64,000 bases of DNA from Tetramitus jugosus (taxonomy: Eukaryota; Protista; Heterolobosea). Positions 54,964 to 64,000 of this stretch are shown here, piece by piece. The stretch lies in contig OW569389.1 of the NCBI GenBank assembly GCA_937625935.1, positions 124,001-188,000 of the forward strand, given 5' to 3'. Both the position numbers and the translations under genes were made by a program. The notes beneath the pieces were generated by a model. The model saw only the letters and a list, made by a program, of their open reading frames with translations, was not told the origin of the DNA and ran no database searches. How positions within the stretch are numbered: the stretch's first letter is position 1; each line of letters opens with the position of its first letter.

Positions 54964-56727
54964 ATGTTGATTCTGTCTGTGTTGATTATTGTTCTGATTG
55001 CAATTGTTTTCCGTTCTCTCTTCAGAAAACAAGAAATTGGAGGTTCAAAGGGTATGCAACATCAGATTGTGCTGCGGTGTAAGTTGCTGTTTGGGATTTA
55101 CTAACACCAATGCGCGATGTGAAAAGGATATGTTTTGAAGCAGATGACTGGTATTGAGGAAATCTATATCAAGGGAGGTAGACTTTATGCAGGTGGTGGA
55201 AAAGTTTTATTCCTGGCACACATGGAGGAAGAGTCCGAAGAACACAAGTCCCTGTTCCAGACAAGCAATGTGAGAGCAGCGTTTCGTAAACTGTTGAATG
55301 CACAACCTCTATTGAGAGCGAGGCATATCTCTCGCGCTGACAAATGGTTTTATCAATTGAACAATGATAATTGCGACCAAGATGATGTACCTTTCCAAAT
55401 TATTGAGTCAGATGAGGAATCATGGGAGTCCATTGCCCAAAGAGAAGTGAATAATGATTTTCCAATGAATGACAACGGAGAACGTGAGCCTGTGTCTGCC
55501 AAGTTTCTCATCCAGAAATCATCTAGCAAGAGCAGATCTGTGCACATCCTGTTCTGCATCAATCATGCTGTGGTCGATGGTGTCAGTATTGGGCACGTTT
55601 GCCATGAATTCTTGCAACACTTGATGGATCAAAGAGAGGAAATAGTAGAGAAAGCATTCACGAAGAATATGGTTGAGATGGTGCATGATTCCTACTTCTC
55701 TCCCCTGTCTAGGATGGTTGCCACAAGCGTTGCCATGGTTGAGCACATTGTGCATACGAAGAAGAATCTTCGATTGCTGCATAAGCCACTAGAGAAGAAA
55801 AGTGTCGACTCTTACTCTCAACTACCTATTACCTCTGACAAGACCATTGTTTACTTCAAGGAGATACCAGATATTCGAAAGTTCATTCAAATTTGCAAGC
55901 AGAATCAAGTATCAGTCAATTCAGGCCTAGTCGCTGTCCTGTCTCTCGCCAGTGCAAAACTCATAGCTCATAATGACTCAAAACAACAGTTGAATAGTTT
56001 TCCCATCAACATTTCAGCTGGAGTACCAGTCAATATTCGCCAAGTGTTTAGTCCACCTGTTCCCAATAACCAGGTCGGTTACTTTGTTCAGAGTATACAT
56101 TTAGAGTCGCAAATTGAAGAATCTGCAGTAAAGATGACATCAGGATATGACACAATCGTATGGGATATGGCGAGAAGTAATCACAAACAAACAAGAGAAC
56201 AGCTTGCCGCAAAGGAAAGAATCTTCAGACAAATTTGTTTGAGAGAGTCAGCATCTTCTCTTGTTTGGAAGGATGTCAGAAATTCCACCCTCACTCTGGG
56301 CACTATCAATGTGACTAACGTTGGAGATCAATCCAAAACAATTCAAGAGAAGTACACAAATGCGGAATCGTAAGTAGCCAACCACTTATTCTCAGATCTG
56401 TGGTACATTGTGATCTCACTGACTAACTCTCTTTTAATTTAGAACACTTACAATCAAGGGTATTCGTTTCTTCAGTGGAATTCAATTATGGAAAGCTGCA
56501 ACCATAGCCATTGCCACTTGGAATAATAAGTGTTTCATGTAAGTATACAACACACGAGAAAAACGTATTTTTCAATAGAACAGCCCTAACCTTTCCTAAC
56601 TCTAATAAGTACATTCGCATTACCTTCTCCACCAATGGAGAACATCAAGGATCATCAGGAGCTCGTTAAAGCGTCGATGGAAATTTTGAACTCGCTCATA
56701 GATTGGAAGGTTACAGAAGAACATTGA
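54964..56727 (+). CDS. CoA-dependent acyltransferase (condensation/alcohol acetyltransferase-like), multi-exon
   Basis: INHAVVDGVS (HxxxDG), PVNIR, N-terminal TM segment. Introns at ~55052-55126, ~56370-56442 and ~56539-56609; stop at 56725-56727. Confidence 0.8.
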
Positions 56728-56752
56728 AAATAAAGTTAATGATTCCAAAACA

Positions 56753-56824
56753 GGGGACAACGGAGAATCGAACTCCGGACCTCTCGCACCCAAAGCGAGA
56801 ATCATACCACTAGACCATTGTCCC
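56753..56824 (-). tRNA. tRNA-Pro (anticodon TGG)
   Basis: Reverse complement GGGACAATGGTCTAGTGGTATGATTCTCGCTTTGGGTGCGAGAGGTCCGGAGTTCGATTCTCCGTTGTCCCC folds as a cloverleaf; TTTT follows. Confidence 0.97.
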
Positions 56825-56853
56825 TTCATGTTCTAAAAATCATGAAAAATAAC

Positions 56854-56868
56854 CCAAAAATTATATTC
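56854..56868 (+). repeat. Target-site duplication CCAAAAATTATATTC, left copy (right copy 58203-58217)
   Basis: 15-bp perfect direct repeat; the right copy follows the poly(A). Confidence 0.92.
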
Positions 56869-58202
56869 AAAAAAACGCAGAAAAAAACGGAATCACATGT
56901 TTGGTGATTCAACAAATTTGGTGAAGGAATACGGCAACAGCCGTTATGCAGTGTGGACCACTGCACGGAAAGGCTCTAGGCCAAGCGACAGAGAGGTGGT
57001 CATTACTGGCAACGGTAATGGTGTCTCTCAGTCATCTTTGGCAAGAAAGATAGGAGAGGAGTTTGGTGACTGGCTCAACCGAGTCCAGGTCATCAAGAGG
57101 AAAGGCCAGCAACACTTTGTTGCATGGGTGACGGTCAAGGGTGACCGCATCTATGACTTTGTTGAGTTGTTCAACAAAGAGAGGAGGATTGGCAACAGCA
57201 CTGCTGCACCCAAGCGCAGTGTTGATTGCACAAGAAAGGTGGTCGTCCATGGCATGAAGAACATGTCAGTGGACGACATCAAGAAGCTACTGGGACCTGA
57301 GAAGGTTGCCAGTGTGCTCAAGAAGCGTGACACTGCTTTCGTGGTCATGGGTGATGAAACCTATGCACGGGCAGTGCTCAGTGGAGAGAACAAGGTCAAG
57401 GCCACGGTCACTCGATACGTCGAGAGACCACATGATCCTCTCAAGGCTGTCAACAAGAGGTTGACCAAGATGTACGAGGAGCTGCTGACGGTGGTTGACG
57501 CACTGCGTCGACAGGTCACAGAACTCACCAAGGAATTGGGAAAGACAAAGGGTCAAGGGGGCAACAAACCGGTTCCAATGCCGGAACAAGAAGTTACCCA
57601 AGCCACTGCTAGGATGGAGACTACTCCTGAGCTAGTGGAGGCAGAAGAACAGAGGACTGTAGCAACACCACTGCCATCAGTGCCTGTTGTACAGCTCAGT
57701 GCTGAGAACCGGCAAATTCTGGAGCAAGTGAATGCCACTTCTCCAGTGTTCGCCAGAGTGAAAAAGGAAATTGCTGCATTGGCGCTGGCTGCTGCACGCA
57801 AAAGGTATGGTTTGACTGAGGACGAACCAGTCATTGTGGATGTGGATGATGACTCCGAAAAGGAGATTCAGAGTCCACAACTCAATGAAAACAAGAAGAG
57901 GAGTGCCAGGATCACACTGGGTGATCTGATGAGCAACAAGGCCCAAAACAAGAAAAAAACAACAGATGGCTCTGTGTCCATCGACGGTCCTACTACAAGG
58001 TTACGCTCTTTGATGAAGGGCATCAACCAAAACACTCACCAGAGTGATTATTCCAACCTGTAGATGCACCGTCGGGGACAACAAGAGAAGAAGAGTGAAT
58101 GACGCCCTACGGGTCGTCACTCACAAAACAAGTCAATAAATGAGCAACCGTGTGCTTGCTGCGCAAGCACACATGGTTGTATGGAACAAAAAAAAAAAAA
58201 AA
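56869..58202 (+). mobile_element. Intact ORF1-only non-autonomous retrotransposon (1334 bp), 44 bp upstream of tRNA-Pro
   Basis: 15-bp TSD, poly(A) at 58188-58202, AATAAA at 58135, hairpin 3' end shared with 2779-7223, single ORF1, no EN or RT. Confidence 0.92.
56897..58063 (+). CDS. Retrotransposon ORF1 protein (RRM-like + coiled coil), 388 aa
   Basis: Colinear with the N-terminus of ORF 2795: YAVWT, EVVI.G, F.AWV.VK.D..Y.F.E.FN..RRI.N, K.VVH, TAFV.M, YV.R..DP.K. Confidence 0.9.
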   Translation: MFGDSTNLVKEYGNSRYAVWTTARKGSRPSDREVVITGNGNGVSQSSLARKIGEEFGDWLNRVQVIKRKGQQHFVAWVTVKGDRIYDFVELFNKERRIGNSTAAPKRSVDCTRKVVVHGMKNMSVDDIKKLLGPEKVASVLKKRDTAFVVMGDETYARAVLSGENKVKATVTRYVERPHDPLKAVNKRLTKMYEELLTVVDALRRQVTELTKELGKTKGQGGNKPVPMPEQEVTQATARMETTPELVEAEEQRTVATPLPSVPVVQLSAENRQILEQVNATSPVFARVKKEIAALALAAARKRYGLTEDEPVIVDVDDDSEKEIQSPQLNENKKRSARITLGDLMSNKAQNKKKTTDGSVSIDGPTTRLRSLMKGINQNTHQSDYSNL

Positions 58203-58217
58203 CCAAAAATTATATTC

Positions 58218-58427
58218 CTCAAAAATTGGAAGAGGATAATCCTATGAGGAGATGTGTCGAGGGCTTCGCCTCTTCACATGATCCAGGAGATGGTTGGTTG
58301 CTGATGCTCTGCGAGCAACAAACAATGCAACAGTGACGGCATTCTGCCGTCAAATACGAAACAGTTACATCATGTAAGGAGAATCAACAACGAATAAACA
58401 GCACAACCATTGGTTGTATTAAAAACA
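58218..58427 (+). mobile_element. Older, severely 5'-truncated insertion (3' UTR only) stacked upstream of tRNA-Pro
   Basis: Hairpin array, AATAAA at 58393, ACAACCA-T-TGGTTGT-ATT then an A-run. Probable TSD AAAAATAACYCAAAAATT at 56845-56862 and 58428-58445 (1 mismatch). Confidence 0.75.
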
Positions 58428-58778
58428 AAAAATAACTCAAAAATTCAATTGGCCGGAGGAAAGCCACATGTGAACTTGTTAGAAGACACGGCAATATGTT
58501 GAGATAGAAGGCACGGTAACATGTTGAGAGAACTGGAAGTACTGAGATGCAATGGGAGACATAATAACAATAGCACCCCAGCTCATGTTTAAGGATAATT
58601 TCGATAGATATCTGGCAGTGGCGCATGATGGAGGTGTTTGGAGGTGATGCATCGCCTCTTCACAAGCTCCAAAGAACTTGAGGTTGTTAATGCTCTGTGA
58701 GTGCAAGTACAGAGAACAACAAAGAAATGCAAGTGCAACCAAGTGGTTTTTTTAAAAAATTGTAAATTTTAGTCACAC

Positions 58779-58849
58779 AACAATGCATCAAGGATCACTC
58801 TCGTCAATTCGTGAATTTTGAGTCCAAAGTGGATCCTTGATGCATTGTT
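58779..58849. repeat. 18-bp perfect inverted repeat with 35-nt spacer
   Basis: AACAATGCATCAAGGATC (58779-58796) and GATCCTTGATGCATTGTT (58832-58849). Confidence 0.85.
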
Positions 58850-58976
58850 CAACCATCTCGATGAATCTTCACGCACTGTAAAATGATTTGCCAACCGACA
58901 ACCAAAAAAACTGCAAGTTCACAAAAAACACAAAAAACGTTTCTTTCTTTTTGCGCATCACTGATCGTTTCCCATA

Positions 58977-60684
58977 ATGTCTCGTAATTCAAACGAAGAA
59001 AAGCTTCCTCCTAGTTGTCGTGTATTCGTCGGTAATATTGATACCACATGCTCTAAACGTGAGGTTCAAGATCTATTCGAACCATTTGGTAAAGTGGTAT
59101 GTAGTTTTTTCACACAGTCATTTTTTCGTTTCTCAGAAAAAAAGCTAACCATCTTCTCCTATTCAACAATCACAACAATAACATTAGTATGAAGACATTC
59201 GATTCCATAGAGGTTATGGCTTTATTCAATATGACAATGAAGAATCAGCCCAAAGAGCAGTTGAAAAAATGAATGGCTACAAATTGAGAAGTAAAAATCT
59301 TGATGTTCAATCAGCCAATGGCACAGGTGCCAAAAACACGTCCAACTTGGGCAAGAGAGGCAGAAACAGCAGAAGAGATGAAGAAGAGTCTTCTTACTAT
59401 GGTGGTGGCGACGATTCTCATCACAATAAGAGAAGACGTCGTGATGATCCACATTCTTTTAGTGATCGATCATCGATGAATCATCGTTCGTCCTCCGCAC
59501 CTCATCAACAACAACATCAATCATCATCATCATCCTCCTCATCCTCACATGGCAAAAACAGTAGACGCGACAGAACATCACAAAACATTATTGATATTCC
59601 CATCTTTAACACCAATCGTCAATTGGAGAATTATGCCAATCAAGTGATTGAAACCTTGCAAAACAATCAACAGAAAAGTCCTTTTACAATCAAGTGTCAT
59701 TTGATTAATCTCACTAGAGATACTGACAGTTATTTGAAGTCACCTCAATTCTTGACTCGTATACAAGATGATCGATTTGTCATTGTGATTCAACCTAGGA
59801 ATCAAGATGAACAAACTGTTGCCTTTCGTGCAATTCTTCCTGATGGTTCCTCCCCTGGCTTTGCAGACACTCCTATTGTGGATGTGTTGTCTTTCATCTT
59901 GCACAATGCGAGCAGTCAAGTGGTCACGAATCAATACGTGTCTCCACCAATGAACGACACTTCTGCGACTCACTTTGTTCATCACGGTGGCAACAGCAGC
60001 AACGGTACCACTGGTATCGGTTCCATGGTCGTCGGTGCTCAACAGTACGGATCTGTTCAGCAACCACCACCTGGTCTCATGAGTCATGGCAACATGGGAT
60101 ATGTTCCACCCTCTGCTACAACTCCTCCTCCTACGGCAGCTGTTGCTGGATATCCACAGTATGCTCCTACAACTTCTACTCATCATCATCACTATCCGCA
60201 ACACCACCACGATGCATACATGCCATCGAGCAGTGTTGGCTACAATCCTTCAGTTGCTTCAACGAGTGCTTCAGTCTCTCCTCCGAATGCATCAGGTGCT
60301 GCCTCATCGACTGTTCTTGCTGCTGCCTTGTCTGCATTGAAGAATGTCAATACTAACTCTCAGGAGAAGCACATGTTGGAGCAAATTGTGAACACACTCA
60401 AGGGAACGTCCACTTCTGCCCCACCAACAACCTCTGCACCTTCAACAGTAACTCCTCCACCTACCACAAACTCATACTATGATAACTACAGTGGCACAAC
60501 AGCTTATCCGCAAACAAGTTCTTATGATCCTTCGAATGCAGGTTATGGTCATGGTGGCCAAGAATATTATTCTAGAGGATATGATCCTGCATCTAATCCT
60601 TCTTCTTCTTCGAATCCTAATGCCTCGACCAATTCTTCACTCGGTAGTCTTCTCAATTCCTTGTCTAGTATCATTAAAAAGTAA
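58977..60684 (+). CDS. RRM protein, NCOA5-like (RRM + anticodon-binding-like domain + low-complexity tail); intron 59097-59187
   Basis: RVFVGNI (RNP2) and, after splicing, HRGYGFIQY (RNP1); YANQVIETL...FVIVIQPRNQDEQTV. Confidence 0.78.
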
Positions 60685-60736
60685 ACACAATTCTTTGTCT
60701 TTTGTAATAAATAAAACCAATGTTCCTCCTTAATAT

Positions 60737-61684
60737 TTATTCTAATGTATTGTACAACGTGGCTCGACTGTGAGAGAAGTGAAGTCCTTCACTGTCTGGC
60801 TCCACTCCCAACTCGGGATTCCAATAGCCGAGAACCAACACGCAGGTAGCAGCAATGATCAAAACAGCTACCTTGTCAACATAAAAGGCAGCATCCACCA
60901 GTCCACCTACTTGATTTCGCAAACCAGCATTCACGGCCTGAATTACAAAATTAGCTGTGCACAACAGTGCAGACACAATGATCAATCCTGATACGATATT
61001 CACTGATTCAATCTCGTCCAAATCGCTTAACTTTGACCTAACTGTTGACAACAGAATGGCAACCAATGACAAGCAATACAAGAAGACCGTGGCAAAAACA
61101 CTGAAATACACGGTTTGAACAATAGCAGATGCCAATTGTTCCGTTTTACCACTTGACTTGTTGTGCTCGGAGCGCCATCGAATCGTAATCATCATCACAG
61201 CCACACCAAACGTAACAACCACACTCACTACAAACAGGAACAAGTGCCAAACAGAGTAAAGCAAAGTACCTCTTTTTGTTTGTGGTTGGTGAACACGAGA
61301 GGCATCTGCATATTTTTCAACCAACTTTTGCGTAGCAAACACAAGAAACATGAGCTCCATAGCAAAAAGCACAAAGTTTGGAATTTGCTGCAGTGTGAGA
61401 ATCGAAGATCGAACATGATCATGCTCATGCTTCTTGTGCAGCGCAATACCAGTTTCAGTCACTTGGAGAATAAGAGCAACAGTCGCAACGAGCAGCATAA
61501 CAAAGGACAATACAGTGATGCTTGCACTTCCGTGAGTTACCAAAAGCTTCTTGTTCTTGGTGGGCCATTTCTTGATGATCACAATGACTTGAAGAATCAG
61601 TGTGAGTCCCATTGCGATCAGGAGCATAATGGTCAATATGAGAGACAATTCATTGCCATTGTCGTCATGTTCATTGACAATCAT
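60737..61684 (-). CDS. Seven-transmembrane (GPCR-like) protein
   Basis: 315-aa ORF with about seven hydrophobic helices and short termini. Confidence 0.65.
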   Translation of the reverse strand: MIVNEHDDNGNELSLILTIMLLIAMGLTLILQVIVIIKKWPTKNKKLLVTHGSASITVLSFVMLLVATVALILQVTETGIALHKKHEHDHVRSSILTLQQIPNFVLFAMELMFLVFATQKLVEKYADASRVHQPQTKRGTLLYSVWHLFLFVVSVVVTFGVAVMMITIRWRSEHNKSSGKTEQLASAIVQTVYFSVFATVFLYCLSLVAILLSTVRSKLSDLDEIESVNIVSGLIIVSALLCTANFVIQAVNAGLRNQVGGLVDAAFYVDKVAVLIIAATCVLVLGYWNPELGVEPDSEGLHFSHSRATLYNTLE

Positions 61685-62123
61685 TTTTTTGACTTGGTTT
61701 TTTGTTATCCATCAAATCTCCCATACAACTTTTAAAAAAAAAACGCCAAAAGGTAGTTGGGATGATCAGCGATTAAAGCTAACTGTTTTTGTCGTCAAAC
61801 TTGAGGTTTTCAGAGGTGTACAAAGGAAACAATAATTATCATCATTTCATTCATGCATAAGGATGCAAACAATAAAAGACACTATTGAAGTACACTTGGA
61901 TTTCAAGGTTCAAAGCTCCGGAAACTGGAAAAAATTGTGGGAGCGGAGGTTGCGAGCACTAACTCCCCAAAACTCCATAATGGACAATTGTTCCCGACGA
62001 AACGACGAAGGCAATGTCGCTCGAAGCTCATCCATCTTCTACCTCCTATTCAACCTTGCGTGTTGTTGTTGAGTGGCTAAAAACACGATCAGCAACCGTA
62101 CTTTCCGTGTGAAATAATAAACA

Positions 62124-63743
62124 ATGTTATTCACAAAGAACAAGGGCAATGATAGCAGTGCTGAAGGGGAAGATGATTCTTCACAAAAGTTTGAATCTGG
62201 GAGTCGAGGGCATCTATCACCGAAGGCAACAACACAAGATCCTACCAAGTTATCAATCTTGAAGCTTCTCTTGTTTGTATATTATGATTTTAGTTTGATT
62301 CTGGGACTCATGTATGGAATGGGCTTGCTGTTGCCGACTCACGTGGCTCAAATGGTGGCTCCAAGTGAGAAAGCGTTTCTGTTGGCTACTGCGGGTATCC
62401 TTTCTGCTGTGATTGGAATTATTTGCTCCTTTTCGACTGGTATCTTATCTGATCGTATCAAAACGAGGATGGGAAAGAGAAAGCCAGCTGTTCTTATTGG
62501 AACGTTGATGATGTCCATGTGCTTGGGTGTGAGAGGTTTATTGACTGACTTGAAACAATTGGTCACATTCAAAATTGTTCTTTACATCATGTTATATTGT
62601 GTAGAGACTGCTGGAATGAGTATTGCAATTGCAGGTTATAGGTCATTGCTCCCTGAAGTCATTCCTGCAAGTCAAATGGGAATTGCGAGTGGCATGATTG
62701 GATTTGCCTCGGCCCTCGGTATCGTTGTGGGAACATTAGGTTTTGGAGCAGTGTATGGATTGGTTCCCTTATGGATCAACATTGTGGTTCTGATGGTTAT
62801 GATCTGGTCTGGTTCATTGGTTCTCTTGGTATCATTCAAGGAACCTGATGAAAATTATAGTAACCACAAGAACAATAATAATAAGATAGGGGTGGCTTCA
62901 ATCAATTATGAATCATATGTGACTGATGGAGATGAACAGGACCATGAAGAGGATGAATTGGACAAGTTCATGGATTCAGTTCTGAATGAAGAACAAGCAC
63001 CAATCGAGTCAAAATCTGAGAGTTGGAAACAAAAGTTGTTGAGGGTTGTGTGGTACGAGAATCCATTAGTCCAGTGGAACTTTCTCTGTTCATTCTTGAG
63101 TCGATTCATGTTTTATTGCACATTGATGACAATTCAAGGATACTTAATTTATTTCTTTACTGACACATTCCATATGCAATTTTCAATACTGTTCTGGAAC
63201 AATGTGATTAGTTCTCCTGTCCGAGCATCATCAGTCTACACCTCTACCCAGTTTATTTCAAGTTTGTTCACCACTGCATTTTGTGGATCAATCAGCCACA
63301 AGGTCGGAAAGAAGACTGTAGTTTATGTGAGCACTGCAATTATCGTTTGTACGGCCAGCGTACAGGCATTCACTCGATCATACTCACTCTCTCTCGTATT
63401 GTCCATATTTACTGGACTGGGTTTAGGTATGTTTCAAGCGATTGATCTCAGCATTACGATCGATTCTCTTCAGAGCAAATCCAACATCGCAAGAGATTTA
63501 GCAATCGCACATTTAGCAATGTCTGTGCCGAAGATGATAACATCACCTTTGATAGGATTAATCATTGGAGCATTCGATAAGTTATTTGAGCAGAACATAG
63601 TGGTCCGCACACCTCACTTTGGTTACACAGTGGTGTTTTTGATGGCCGCGTGTTTCATGATGCTGTCTGCTCTGTTCATCTCCCTAGTCAGAATTCCAAA
63701 ATCCTCTCCTTCTAGAACCAAGGTTCAACCAGTTGTTAATTGA
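62124..63743 (+). CDS. Major facilitator superfamily transporter
   Basis: GILSDRIKTRMGKRKP (motif A); 6+6 TM helices with an acidic central loop. Confidence 0.9.
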   Translation: MLFTKNKGNDSSAEGEDDSSQKFESGSRGHLSPKATTQDPTKLSILKLLLFVYYDFSLILGLMYGMGLLLPTHVAQMVAPSEKAFLLATAGILSAVIGIICSFSTGILSDRIKTRMGKRKPAVLIGTLMMSMCLGVRGLLTDLKQLVTFKIVLYIMLYCVETAGMSIAIAGYRSLLPEVIPASQMGIASGMIGFASALGIVVGTLGFGAVYGLVPLWINIVVLMVMIWSGSLVLLVSFKEPDENYSNHKNNNNKIGVASINYESYVTDGDEQDHEEDELDKFMDSVLNEEQAPIESKSESWKQKLLRVVWYENPLVQWNFLCSFLSRFMFYCTLMTIQGYLIYFFTDTFHMQFSILFWNNVISSPVRASSVYTSTQFISSLFTTAFCGSISHKVGKKTVVYVSTAIIVCTASVQAFTRSYSLSLVLSIFTGLGLGMFQAIDLSITIDSLQSKSNIARDLAIAHLAMSVPKMITSPLIGLIIGAFDKLFEQNIVVRTPHFGYTVVFLMAACFMMLSALFISLVRIPKSSPSRTKVQPVVN

Positions 63744-64000
63744 GAGTGTACATTAGTATAATAATAATAATTGTAAATTATTTTAGTTAAACCATAGCAT
63801 AATTGTTCGCACACTACACTTGCTACACACAGTCGTATCTCATGGCTTCACGTTTTGCAGTAGCCATCTCCCTCTTCAAAGAGAAGTTGTCAACTCGATT
63901 CGAATTTTCAGAGCGACAGGTCAGAGCCAACAATAAAAAGCGATCAACTTAGCCGAAATAAAGGTTTATATTTTTCTCCATATTTGCTCCATCTGAGTCT

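Noticed and set aside
14910-61735. Numerous 60-220 aa antisense or overlapping ORFs in the track
   Set aside because: They are shadows of the real genes on the opposite strand or another frame, with no recognisable motifs.

Overview
Gene-dense eukaryotic DNA with short GT-AG introns and CTAAC-type branch points. The gene content (PAS/RGS, RCC1, RCC1-BTB, F-box-ankyrin, M11 peptidase, an axonemal-dynein-light-chain-domain protein) suggests a free-living amoeboflagellate, probably heterolobosean/Naegleria-like; this is inference only. The first ~13 kb is a transposon graveyard organised around two inverted tRNA-Glu(CTC) genes. The rest holds ~25 host genes and a tRNA-Pro(TGG) gene. Main result: all three tRNA genes have copies of one non-LTR (APE endonuclease + RT + zf-RVT) retrotransposon family inserted 38-58 bp upstream. 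Every copy has its 5' end facing the tRNA, they are stacked in tandem, and 15-19 bp target-site duplications (TSDs) are visible at two of the three loci. The copies have almost no 5' UTR and share a conserved multi-hairpin 3' end. One is an intact ORF1-only non-autonomous element. This resembles a TRE5-like tRNA-gene-targeting system, apparently outside dictyostelids. Other notable items: two PH-FixL-type PAS-RGS proteins (candidate gas-sensing G-protein regulators), a secreted His1 LPMO-like/beta-propeller fusion, and a PNKP-like-SWIM-OB fusion. All protein calls come from motif recognition by eye, with no database searches.
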